NCBI GenBank assembly: GCA_963701855.1
Contig: CAVPBK010000001.1
Span: 96,001 to 160,000, forward strand
Source: Nitrospirota bacterium
GTDB lineage: Bacteria > Nitrospirota > Nitrospiria > Nitrospirales > Nitrospiraceae
Direction of reading: 5' to 3'
Length of the DNA: 64,000 nt
Both the position numbers and the translations under genes were made by a program. This document shows, piece by piece, positions 51,080 through 60,932 of the stretch; the stretch's first letter is position 1, and every line of letters begins with the position of its first letter. The notes beneath the pieces are model-generated. The model was given only the letters and a program-made list of their open reading frames with translations, searched no databases and was not told the DNA's origin.

Positions 51080-51430
51080 TTACTTGCCAAGACTCCGTAT
51101 GTAGGCGAGCACGTTCTGTATATCCTGCCCGTTGAGCCGGCTTTTCCACGCAGGCATTGTGCCGTGACCTTCACGAATCACTGTCCGCAGATCCGTATCC
51201 GATTTGCCCCTCACTTGTGGACCAGTCAAATCTGCCGGTGGCGGCCTGAGTGCTTCGCCCATGACTCCGTCTCCCTTTCCACCCTCTCCATGACACACCA
51301 CACAATTGATCGCATACAGTATTTTTCCTTTTGTGGAATCTCCGCTCTCGGCCGATGTCACTTGGGCGCCCACTCCTCCCGTAAATAAGCAGGATGCGGA
51401 AAACAGAACGAGAAGTTTCAAGCCATTCAC
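51080..51430 (-). CDS. Periplasmic monoheme cytochrome c
   Basis: Signal peptide, CVVCH, MPAW. Confidence 0.92.
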   Translation of the reverse strand: MNGLKLLVLFSASCLFTGGVGAQVTSAESGDSTKGKILYAINCVVCHGEGGKGDGVMGEALRPPPADLTGPQVRGKSDTDLRTVIREGHGTMPAWKSRLNGQDIQNVLAYIRSLGK

Positions 51431-51592
51431 CTAGTCACCTCTTTCTTTGTTTAAACCGTGGCCGAAATCGTGATCATCAGTTATTTTAAAGGGCCGTGGT
51501 GACGCAAGCCGCGTTCCATTCGCTTCCGTTGCGTCAGTATGAGTGACAGAGGGGAGCTTCATTTGGATGCGCCGGATTTGTCCAGTGGGCAT

Positions 51593-52534
51593 TTAGAGGC
51601 GCTCCAACAGCTGGTTTCTTTTATTGCGATACTCTTCCTCTGTGATCAAGCCCTGATCACGGAGTCGTTTCAAGACTTTCAACCGTTCTTCCATTGAGGG
51701 CTGATTGGTTTGCGCTTGAGGAAGACGTGAAGCACTGAAGCCATCTGGTAGTGCGGCCTTGGAGAGGGGCTCAGCCAGTAGAAGCGGTTGATAGGAGATC
51801 GAGATTTCATTGACTGGGGCACTCAGCACCCCGACTTCCTTATGTTGGATCACCGTCTGATGGTCACCGGGGACCAACTCATACAAATTGACCTGGCTCG
51901 AGAGCGGATTCTCCCAAACCAGCTCACGGATGTTCGGCGCAGTCACGGCATATCGATAGTTGGCCAGGAGCAGATGGAGGTGCGACCCTTCCATAAACCA
52001 CCCGCCGGAGGTGATCTCGGAGACGTCCGGTGCGCCAGGCCGGCTCAGTCCAAAGACCACCCACTCTGTTGGTTGTGCCTGGGCGAAGGCGAGGCTTAAG
52101 GTCCGGCTCAGGTAGTCGACTTCATCCTGCGTTAATGCATCATTGATTAGCCCCTTGGGCAATGAAAACAAGACGACCGGCTCACCCTGTCTTTGAACAC
52201 GAAGACTGCTCAGGATGATTTTCCATTCCTCGGGACTGAGCGTGAACGGATGAGAAAAGTTCGGTACGCGGTCTCGGCGTAATCCCGGGGACGGTCCTTG
52301 TAGCCGGACGAACCGATCCTCTCCCTCACACTCTCCGCAGACCATGCGACAATTTTCACAGGCCAAGCGAGGCGGGTGTGCCGGCCCAGCACAACCCTGA
52401 AGCAGGCCGGCGATTAGACCTCCGGTGAGCATTGCCACGACCACGCAGGCGCTTGTCGCACGTCGAACTCGCGCATAGCCGTGCGACGCGCTGACCTGAT
52501 GATCTTCCTGGAATTCTCGTTTGTGGGCTGTCAC
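51593..52534 (-). CDS. SHOCT-domain lipoprotein
   Basis: Lipobox LQGC, CENC/CGEC, C-terminal ERLKVLKRLRDQGLITEEEY. Confidence 0.8.
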   Translation of the reverse strand: MTAHKREFQEDHQVSASHGYARVRRATSACVVVAMLTGGLIAGLLQGCAGPAHPPRLACENCRMVCGECEGEDRFVRLQGPSPGLRRDRVPNFSHPFTLSPEEWKIILSSLRVQRQGEPVVLFSLPKGLINDALTQDEVDYLSRTLSLAFAQAQPTEWVVFGLSRPGAPDVSEITSGGWFMEGSHLHLLLANYRYAVTAPNIRELVWENPLSSQVNLYELVPGDHQTVIQHKEVGVLSAPVNEISISYQPLLLAEPLSKAALPDGFSASRLPQAQTNQPSMEERLKVLKRLRDQGLITEEEYRNKRNQLLERL

Positions 52535-52667
52535 GTGATTCGTTCAGACTCCTGATTTACGCGATGATGTCTTGCCGCTCTTGCTCTGTCAACCGGTGCC
52601 TGACAGAGGGACGGTGGTGAGAGGAAGAGAGGAGGTAACACCCACACCGGTGAGTCGGCTGAGCCGT

Positions 52668-53183
52668 CTAGTCACGAAGCGGCTCATCGAGATCTCCGAC
52701 CGTCAGACGATCTGGAGGCCATCGGTAGGCGCCCCTTACAGCGGAGGCAACCATCGCATAGCCAGGTGGTTCTTTTCTGACAAATTGACCGAGGAGGTCT
52801 GGTGTCGGGTTTCCATCGATCAGATAGACCACGCCCTTTTCATAACCCGTGGTCGGTGACGGGGCTGGAATGCCGACCGTGGCCAGCGCATGACTGGCCC
52901 GGGCCTTCTTCAACGCAGACAGGTAGGTGCGCACCTGCTCGGGAGTCCATCCTCCGTGATTGGTGACCACGACTGAGGCGTCTCCGATGACCATCACATC
53001 AATCATTGGCATGGGGGCATGCGTCGCCGCGCTGAACGCAGGCGGTGGTGCAGGCTCCGGCCTTCCCCACTCCATGAAGACTCGGATCATGGCGAAGACA
53101 ATGAGCACGACGGCACCTCCGAGCAGTACCTGCCGACCGGACAGACGGTGGACCGGAACGGACTGCTCGGGTCGGGATGGCAT
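52668..53183 (-). CDS. Hypothetical membrane-anchored protein
   Basis: Single TM helix; co-oriented within the operon. Confidence 0.6.
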   Translation of the reverse strand: MPSRPEQSVPVHRLSGRQVLLGGAVVLIVFAMIRVFMEWGRPEPAPPPAFSAATHAPMPMIDVMVIGDASVVVTNHGGWTPEQVRTYLSALKKARASHALATVGIPAPSPTTGYEKGVVYLIDGNPTPDLLGQFVRKEPPGYAMVASAVRGAYRWPPDRLTVGDLDEPLRD

Positions 53184-53307
53184 GGGACCCTTTCCTGGCA
53201 CAGATGAGCGCGCGAATCTTAGCACAGAGCTCAGCGAATTTCCTCGCTGGGCTCCCCTCCCTCAAGATATATCGACACCGGAGGAGGGAGCTGTGTGCCT
53301 GTCGAAA

Positions 53308-54771
53308 CTAGTACGCGAAGTCCAAGCCAACCAACATGGTCTGACCGAGCAGATCCCCGCCTCCTGTGCCGACCCCTTTGGTCCTGTAGGTGTTGTACTC
53401 AGCGTGTAGGGCCAGATCCGTCCGCGTGGATTGGTGAAGGAAGTACCGAACCAGAAACGTTTGGGAGTCAACATTGTTATAGTTGTGGTTAAAGGTGGGA
53501 TCCCCCTGCCGATCGTTGCGGATGATGTCGTACCGATAGGCGAAGAACCAATCGGGCACGTTCAGGAACGGAAGGAGCGTGGGATAGTAATCCAGCTCGA
53601 CAAAGCCGCCGTTCCACGAAGCGTTCTGGGCACCGGCGATGCCTTGAGAGACGAAGAGGTTCTTGCTGCTGTTGCCATGCACGAAGGCACCAAAGAGATT
53701 CCATTCTCCATTAAACGTGGTACTCAGATCCACGCCAATGTTGCTAAAGGGCTGGCCGCTTCCGCCCACAGCTTGACACGTGGGGCAAGTCGCGTTCACC
53801 GTGGTCGGGGCGTCCCCATAGACCCCGAAGAGGCCAATTCGATGGCCGGTCACGATGCCATATCCCCCGAAGGATTGCGTGACATGGCCGTAGAAATTGA
53901 CCCCACGTCCACCCGTACACGACTGGCCGGCCGGACAACCGCTCAACGGACCAGAAAACGTATTGGTTGACATTGCCGTGAAGCTGTAGCGGAAAAATCC
54001 ACTGGTGGGCGCGGTTTTCATCAGGCCCGCGAGTTCCGCTCCCGGTTGATTATCCCCGAGCCCAAACGAGTTGGGATTGGCGTAGGTGCTGGTGGATGTC
54101 CCGCTGATCGTGGCTGTATACGGTGTCCCCGGCGTGTAGTGGTACATGACAAATGGGGTGTTGAGCGTCGGACTGCGTTTTTCGCTGAACGGCAAATCCA
54201 ATTCGAATTTGCCTATACGGAAGTTCATGAGATAGTCGCCGGGCTTGCTCGTGATGCCCAGATATTTTTCCAGCCTCATGAGCCGAACGAAGGAGCTTTC
54301 CAAATCGCTGTCGCTGGCGCCGGTCCCAAATCCCGCGCTACCCAAGCCTGGCGTATACACGATGCCGAACGCCACATCGCGAGTCAATGTGCCGAAACTT
54401 AAAATATCGAGGCCGGTGAAGCCGAACCCACCCGTGCTGATCCCGCTGCCATCGGTACGGACACTAGCCGCCTGATAGCCGATGGTGGTCCGGAACGACA
54501 CGGGCCAAAAGCCCATGGTGATCCCTTCGTACGTGGGCATGTCCGCATCGGAGCCCATTTGATAGCCCCGATCCCGGAAGAGGTTGCCGAAGTCGTTCAA
54601 CTTTGGAAATCCAGGGACGTGGCAGACGTTGCACTTCATGTCGTATTTCCTCGCGAAGGCCGGAATGGCTTCCGCCTCAGGCGCACGATAGGTGAATTCA
54701 TGCAAGACGAGGACAATCAATACCAGCACGAGAAACGGAGCCCCTACGACGAATATCTCCCTATAGCGCAT
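53308..54771 (-). CDS. Cyc2-like fused monoheme cytochrome c / outer-membrane beta-barrel
   Basis: AIPAFARKY..KCNVCH...PKLNDFGNLFRDRGY matches the Cyc2 N-terminal motif; amphipathic beta-strands; terminal GLDFAY. Confidence 0.8.
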   Translation of the reverse strand: MRYREIFVVGAPFLVLVLIVLVLHEFTYRAPEAEAIPAFARKYDMKCNVCHVPGFPKLNDFGNLFRDRGYQMGSDADMPTYEGITMGFWPVSFRTTIGYQAASVRTDGSGISTGGFGFTGLDILSFGTLTRDVAFGIVYTPGLGSAGFGTGASDSDLESSFVRLMRLEKYLGITSKPGDYLMNFRIGKFELDLPFSEKRSPTLNTPFVMYHYTPGTPYTATISGTSTSTYANPNSFGLGDNQPGAELAGLMKTAPTSGFFRYSFTAMSTNTFSGPLSGCPAGQSCTGGRGVNFYGHVTQSFGGYGIVTGHRIGLFGVYGDAPTTVNATCPTCQAVGGSGQPFSNIGVDLSTTFNGEWNLFGAFVHGNSSKNLFVSQGIAGAQNASWNGGFVELDYYPTLLPFLNVPDWFFAYRYDIIRNDRQGDPTFNHNYNNVDSQTFLVRYFLHQSTRTDLALHAEYNTYRTKGVGTGGGDLLGQTMLVGLDFAY

Positions 54772-54942
54772 AATCAACCTCCACGGTCGGATTGAAAGGT
54801 GCGATACGGTGACAACGTGACGTGGCACCAGGGGGCGAGCCTCGACCTCCAGCCTCCCCAATGCGGGATCGGTTCACCTCATCCTTCTCTTGTCCGGCTC
54901 GCCGTTGATGCGTGGTATCCATGTATCTCCTCAGGACAGGCC

Positions 54943-55785
54943 CTACTCCATCGTGACAGGACGGACGGGAAATTCAAATCGTGTGTCCACCGTTTCTTTC
55001 GGTTTGACGTCCACTTTCTGTCGAACAATATGCGGGTCGTCGTAGACCGCTCGGGAGGAGTCTATTTTCTTGATCTTGTATCCCTCATGCCAGGCCACGA
55101 GGGTATAGGTGCCTGGCGGTACGCCATGAATCTCAAACTTTCCAGCGGCATCGGTGATCGCAAAATATGGATGATCAAATCCGGCGATATAGCCAGACAT
55201 GTGGGTATGGACGTCGCACTGATAAGGCAACCCGACCCCAAGACCTCGAAGGAGAGTGTGATCAACCTCCCGGTTCGGAGTGGGCATAGCCACATTAAAA
55301 ATGCTGCCGCGGTTGGCAGTGAAGAAATGCGGATTGTGGAGAATTGGGTCGAAATTAATTATTGCGACGAGCTGTGTCCGGACAAACGCAAGGATATGTT
55401 CCTTGAATTGGCATAGCTGCGTGTCTGGTTCTTTGCCGGTCTGGTCCTGTCCCATATGGAGCCAATATTTCTCTTCAAGCGCTTTCCCCTTTTCGACCTG
55501 CTCCAGATACACCAGAACGTGCTGGAGCCCTTTGCTCTTTGGATCCACCTTCAACACCGGGGATGGTGCCGTTTCACCGCATGTATCCAGATCCGCCTTG
55601 ACCGGGAGCGGGGGAATCGTCGGAATCTCGCCTTCCCAGGTCGCCACGCCTTTGATCGTCCCGCCGTTCGAGACGTTAATAACCTCATACTCGGCAAAGG
55701 CGGCCTCCGAACCACCTGCCAACACGAGCAGACTGATCGCTAGTATACATGACCAATCCGTAATTCGAGTTTTGATCCGTGTCAT
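54943..55785 (-). CDS. Exported cupredoxin-like / carboxypeptidase-regulatory-like domain protein
   Basis: Signal peptide; LHNPH ... QCDVHTHM; HPYFAITD..GKFEI.GVPPGTY. Confidence 0.8.
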   Translation of the reverse strand: MTRIKTRITDWSCILAISLLVLAGGSEAAFAEYEVINVSNGGTIKGVATWEGEIPTIPPLPVKADLDTCGETAPSPVLKVDPKSKGLQHVLVYLEQVEKGKALEEKYWLHMGQDQTGKEPDTQLCQFKEHILAFVRTQLVAIINFDPILHNPHFFTANRGSIFNVAMPTPNREVDHTLLRGLGVGLPYQCDVHTHMSGYIAGFDHPYFAITDAAGKFEIHGVPPGTYTLVAWHEGYKIKKIDSSRAVYDDPHIVRQKVDVKPKETVDTRFEFPVRPVTME

Positions 55786-55965
55786 CGCGCCTCCTTTTGC
55801 GTGAGGTTGTAACCACACTCGATTCGTCCACGAATCTCTTCCGCCAGAGACCCTTCTGGTGTCGGGCTCTCTTCATCTCTTCAGTTTGGAGTGTGAGCAC
55901 CATACTCAAATCTGCTCATCATGTTGGAGCGCAGAGACCCTAGCGGCAGTAAAGAAGTTCTGCAA

Positions 55966-56003
55966 CTAGGGAATCCTCTAGTCTTAATCGTAGAAATTAC
56001 TAG
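55966..56003 (-). promoter_or_regulatory. Composite operator copy 4, followed by TTGCAG-17-TAGGGT
   Basis: Minus strand CTAGTAAtttctacgattaagaCTAGAggattcCCTAG. Confidence 0.7.
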
Positions 56004-57002
56004 TGAACCTCTCCGCATTTCATAGACACCTTCTCCCGGGCTTGAACGCTGCCCACTTGTTTTTCAAATACTCCAACTAAAGAAGTTCGTCAATTCAAAC
56101 CTAAGTAGCAGTACGTGCATTTTACATTCCTGATAATCGCCAGATTTCATGGGAGACGACCTCTCAGGCAGCCCACGTAATTCTTGGATTAGGAAAGTAC
56201 ACTTCGCCTTCGGTAATCCCTCAGAGATGGAGCTTTTGCCACAAATGCAATTTTCATTTTTCCCAAAGAAGCGACAGCTATATTCTGAACTACTCAGGCA
56301 GATAGGCTGAAGGCTTTTAGGGTCGGGCTTCTTGCCCAACAAGGACTCATCTCTGCTTGAACCAAAGGTCGTAGGAAACCGAGAAGGTTTTGAATGGCTT
56401 GGTTCGCTGCCTTGGGAGATTATGTATAGCCTTCCGCCTGAATACCTGAGCAGGTACGCCTGCTTGTCGATTTCCCTAATGCCTGTTAAACGTTGTATCT
56501 TCTCGCATGCCTACAGTGTGAGAGTCTTGCGATCATACACAATGCTTACGATGACTCTCTCTTATCTGACAGACCCCACGCAGAAATCTCCTCCCTCCTG
56601 GCGCGGCAAGTTCCCAATCAAACCCGCATTGTTCATGACAGTCCCTGGCGAAAGCGACTAAGAGTGCGTTCCTCATTATTATTTATTATTCGCGCGTGAC
56701 TTGCGCGAAAAGCGCGGCGGGGGAGGTGGTCTGAAGGCTGAAGTGTTCGGAACTCCGACCTTCAGCCTTTGCACCACACCTGTCTCGTGGCATAACGGGG
56801 CATCGGGTGCGGAGACATTGCCCCATAATGCCACGAGGAATGATCCGGGCTTTACGATTCTCTACCACGCTGCGCGCTAACCCCTCTGTTCCTCACAGGT
56901 TTGCATGATCACCCCAAAAGGCATTCATGGCATTTCCCTTGCTAACTTACTCTTCATAAGAATTATGCATATTTTCTTCTCCATTCAGTAAGGGAGGTTG
57001 CC

Positions 57003-57488
57003 ATGCCGGTGTTGAAACGACTCCAGAGTTATCTCGACGCGAACAAGATTCCCCATGAAGTGGTAAACCACCCAAAGGCCTATACCGCCCACGACGTGGC
57101 CCATACACTTGATGTGCCGGGAAAACTTGTCGCTAAAGTCGTCGTGGTGAAGGCCGATCAGTACTTCGTGATGACGGTGCTCCCCTCAACCTGGCGCGTA
57201 GATTTGAAACGATTGCGGGATGTACTGGAGGCCCGTGACATCCGATTAGCAACAGAAGCCGAGTGCGCGAATCTGTTCCCCGATTGCCAAGTGGGAACAA
57301 TGCCACCGTTCGGAAATCTCTACGGCGTGGAGGTGTACGTCGATCAACTGCTGACAGAAGACGAGTCCATCGTGTTTGAAGCAGGGACCTATGTCGGCGC
57401 GATCAAGCTACGGTACAAGGACTTTGCCGATCTCGTTCGCCCGAAAGTCGCCGCGTTTCATCACGAGCCGTCGAAGATCGAGAGCTAG
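57003..57488 (+). CDS. YbaK/EbsC-family aminoacyl-tRNA deacylase-like protein
   Basis: AKVVVVK, LATE.E...FPDC.VG.MPPFG. Confidence 0.92.
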   Translation: MPVLKRLQSYLDANKIPHEVVNHPKAYTAHDVAHTLDVPGKLVAKVVVVKADQYFVMTVLPSTWRVDLKRLRDVLEARDIRLATEAECANLFPDCQVGTMPPFGNLYGVEVYVDQLLTEDESIVFEAGTYVGAIKLRYKDFADLVRPKVAAFHHEPSKIES

Positions 57489-57673
57489 CAGGGAGAGGGA
57501 TGGCTTGATGAGTCCCCTGTGCTCGCAAAACGCGCACGATACAACAGTGCTCGTTCGATGCGCGCAGTGAGGGACTCATCCAGCCATCCTGGATAAAATC
57601 AACGAGCAAGCTTGGAAGACCTATTTTGATTGCTCGATGCGGCCATGCTGAACGGCTATTTTGAGCATCCTGC
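57488..57673 (-). mobile_element. Family A element between two convergent stop codons
   Basis: CTAGCAGGGAGAGGGATGG ... AACGAGCAAGCTTGG ... TTTTGAGCATCCTGCTAG. Confidence 0.75.
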
Positions 57674-58224
57674 TAGAAAAGAGGATGATGGGGAGCGCTT
57701 GCTGGTGGAGTTGAATGGAATGTTCCTCCTGCATTGCCGAGGAATCGCCAGGCCCCTTCTTCTTTGACGAGGTAGTGCACCTCGCGCGCCCAGCTGTCAA
57801 TGGTGATGGACTTCCCCGTCTGTTTCTCCGTCCCATAGAGCCCTCCGGTGCAGGTCACATAGGCTTTTCTGATGCCGTCGGCCTGGACTAATTTCAGCTC
57901 GGTGAAGACATGGGATGAACTGATGTCCCGGTAGTGCAGGAAGACCTCCTCCCATACTCGACGCACATCCGATCTTTTTAACCCGTGATAGTTATAGGTC
58001 GTGGCGTAGAACTTCATGAGCGCATAGAGATCAACCTTCTTGACCGCTGCTTCGGCCTCATTGAACGCTGTCACCAGCTCCCTGATGACCGGCTGATCGG
58101 CATCCGCTCCCACGTCCGGTGCAAATTCCACAGCTGCGGCGACGGGAGTCGACGGCCGGCATTGGGTCAGGATCAAGGTTCCTGCCAGGATCAGTATGAT
58201 CTTGAGTACGCCTCGTCGCTTCAT
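57673..58224 (-). CDS. Exported NTF2/SnoaL-like protein
   Basis: YNYHGLK, VTCTG, IDSW..EVH; paralog at 63521. Confidence 0.75.
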   Translation of the reverse strand: MKRRGVLKIILILAGTLILTQCRPSTPVAAAVEFAPDVGADADQPVIRELVTAFNEAEAAVKKVDLYALMKFYATTYNYHGLKRSDVRRVWEEVFLHYRDISSSHVFTELKLVQADGIRKAYVTCTGGLYGTEKQTGKSITIDSWAREVHYLVKEEGAWRFLGNAGGTFHSTPPASAPHHPLF

Positions 58225-58425
58225 GATTGTAGCGTGACGCAATGCTGATGCCATCGCTGTAAGAATGGCAAGCCCTCGATAATTCAAGCCGCAACTCTCT
58301 TCCTCTATTTTCCACTGGGACCAGGGTCAACAGGATGACGCCTAACTCCCCACGTGACACTGCTTCCCTGCTGCAAAACGCTACGCTTCATAGCGCCATC
58401 TGACCCAAGATCAACAAGGAAGCAC

Positions 58426-58441
58426 AGGCACATCTGATGCA
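58426..58441 (+). promoter_or_regulatory. Candidate sigma54 promoter upstream of dodecin
   Basis: AGGCACATCTGATGCA (GG-N10-GC). Confidence 0.5.
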
Positions 58442-58543
58442 TTCCGAACTATTCGTGCTCAAGGAACAACTGGAAACCTGTAAGCCATCGAGCGATCAAC
58501 TTGTCAGCAACCGCGCTCACGCGCCCAACAAAGGAGGAGTCCC

Positions 58544-58744
58544 ATGTCCGTCGCCAAGATTATCGAGATTAGTGCCGAATCACCGAAGAGTTTCGAAGAT
58601 GCCATTCAAAACGGGATCACCCGGGCATCCAAAACCATACACAGCATCAAATCGGCTTGGGTGAAGGAGCAACACGTGGTGGTCGACAACAGCAAGGTCG
58701 CCCTGTATCGCGTGGACCTGAAAGTAACATTCGTGCTGGATTGA
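58544..58744 (+). CDS. Dodecin family protein
   Basis: VAKIIEI.AES..SFEDAI..G...A.KT......AWVKE...YRV.LKVTF. Confidence 0.95.
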   Translation: MSVAKIIEISAESPKSFEDAIQNGITRASKTIHSIKSAWVKEQHVVVDNSKVALYRVDLKVTFVLD

Positions 58745-58750
58745 CGAGAT

Positions 58751-59413
58751 ATGAGGATGGGCGAGCGAAACTGGTGGGAGAGGGTTGCCAAGAGCACGGC
58801 CTACGCCCTTTCTCTGTTTCTTATCGCCCTTACTTACTCCCTCGCGTTCGGCTCATCGGGCCAGATCTTGGAGCCCCCCACTGACGTGGTTCGCTCGACG
58901 CTCACTGAAGTCTTCCGCATCCTTGAAGACGAGACACTCAAAGATCCGGCCAAGCTCATCCCGCGCCGGCATATGCTGGAAGATGTCATCGCTTCCCACT
59001 TCGACTATACGGAAATGTCGAAGCGATCGCTCGCAGCTCACTAGGCTCCACTTACGGCCGGCGAGCGGGCCGAATTCGTCGAACTCTTCAAGAACTTTCT
59101 CTCCGACCGCTATGCTGAAAAAATCGAAAGCTATTCAGGCGAACAGGTAGCCTATCTCTCCGAACGGATCGAGGGGAACTATGCGGAGGTGCGGACCGAG
59201 CTGCGGTCGAGCAAAGTCGCAATCCCGATGGACTACCGGCTACAAGGGAAAGACGGAACATGGCACGCTTACGACCTCATTGTGGACGGGGTCAGTTTGG
59301 TGAAGAATTACCGCAGTCAATTCGAGAAGATCATCCGCTCATCGTCCTACCAGGAGTTAGTCCGGCAGTTGCGCGAACGCACCGTCGGCGAGGACAAGAA
59401 AAAGAAGGCTTAG
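58751..59413 (+). pseudogene. mlaC: MlaC/Ttg2D phospholipid-binding protein with internal TAG
   Basis: FDYTEMSKRSLAAH-TAG(59042..59044)-APLT...FVELF...YDLIVDGVSLVKNYRSQF, all in one frame. Confidence 0.85.
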
Positions 59414-59756
59414 CTCACGAGAATGCCCTGCAGCCTCACCGCCTGAGATCCGCCCCTGCCCTATTACGCCGCTACGCCACAGTAACTCGATGACAGATCC
59501 TGGACCGACGAAGCATCTCTAACGATTGATAGCGCGTCCCTCGAACCGTCACCCCGCCACTGAAGCAGTAGCGGCACCCTTTGCACGCTGACTGCACAAG
59601 GGCGAGTCAAACTAGCACCAGGCTGCTGCCCTTTCTAAGCTCTCTCCACCTCCTTCGGTTATAAGTTAATCTTGATTCTGTCAGAATCAACGAGGGCAAG
59701 ATGCCTCACCGAACTGCAGACTGTGGCATTACAGGATCTGACGAGATTGTAGGGGC

Positions 59757-59981
59757 CTAATTGAGGCGGGCTTTGCCTTTACCAGCAAAGAGTCTCTCGG
59801 CTTCGACTCGCGCGAGGTCTTTCTGGCGATGGGCGAGAATGACCGGATCAATCCGCTCACCGCAGCTCACGCAACGCCAGTTGATCGATCCGATTTCGAA
59901 AACCCGTTCTTCCAGCATCAGTCCGCCGCAGCGATGGCACTGGTCGGTCTGAGTGTTTTTAGCGGCAACAACCTTGGGCAT
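59757..59981 (-). CDS. Small zinc-ribbon protein
   Basis: CHRCGG...WRCVSCGERIDPVIL. Confidence 0.8.
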   Translation of the reverse strand: MPKVVAAKNTQTDQCHRCGGLMLEERVFEIGSINWRCVSCGERIDPVILAHRQKDLARVEAERLFAGKGKARLN

Positions 59982-60555
59982 GAACAGATTCCTCCCTCTT
60001 GTTGAATGTACTGGATAGCTGTGTGAGCCAAAAGGACAGAAAAGGATTCATCCACGAAATAAGAAAACCAGCCTCCCTACGGATATCGAGCCGTAGGCAA
60101 GCGTGGCTATCCGAACAACCCGGCAGGCAATCCACTGTTGCTTGTTCCTCGCCCCTAGTCTTCGGGCTCTCTTGAGTGCCGTACCTCCTACTGGCACCGA
60201 GATGGAAGCCTGTCCCTTCGGATCTGATCCCACCACTGAAATAGGGACGATACCCTCAGGCGCGCTGCACAGAGGAGGGCACCTGCTTGCCCCGGCACAT
60301 TGCCCCTTCTCGATTGGAGTGGTGCCGAACATCTGGCCACGGCCATTGACTCGCACAGCATAACATCATGTAATCACTTCAATTGGCCTCACGTTCAGTA
60401 TCAGCAGGTGGGCCGCCCACCTTGGCATATTCTGTATCTTGTATTTTTGCTATCAGAGGACTACGCTACGACACATCCGCTAGCAATACTTACTTGCGCC
60501 TCGAAGGTACACCGTGGGATTCAAAGAATCAGAACAAGCCCCACAGCCACTCCTA

Positions 60556-60702
60556 ATGAGCCAGCCCTGCACCTGTACCCACAGTCGCCTGATCTCCGAT
60601 TGCGTCTCGGAGGAGGAACACGAGGCCGGCAAGGTACGCTGTGTTGAATGTGGAGCCATCGTGCCGGATCCCTACCTCAAACGGGACGGCAAGGAGACGT
60701 AG
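60556..60702 (+). CDS. Small putative zinc-binding protein
   Basis: CTH.RLI ... VRCVECGAIVPDP. Confidence 0.6.
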   Translation: MSQPCTCTHSRLISDCVSEEEHEAGKVRCVECGAIVPDPYLKRDGKET

Positions 60703-60932
60703 CGCCGGTCTCGCTCTCCCTTTCAGGCTAGCCACTCTTAAAGTTTAGGTCTGCATCGTCTGCCCGCTCACACGATCCCTCTTCGCTGAGGTATTTGGCA
60801 ACAGCTTCCTGTCTGTCACTGGCCCAAAACTCCTCAACCTGCCGATTGGCGCAGCTCTCTCTCTCATACTCTAAGCCTGTAAGTCCCTGTGCTACCGAAC
60901 TTCTCCTTCTACATTCACACGAGATTATCCAC

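Noticed and set aside
59042..59044. Pyrrolysine or programmed readthrough in mlaC
   Set aside because: No pyl genes in the window; a point mutation is simpler
59672..59690. TTGATTCTG-T-CAGAATCAA palindrome as an FNR box
   Set aside because: Spacing is TTGAT-N9-ATCAA rather than N4; single copy with unclear role
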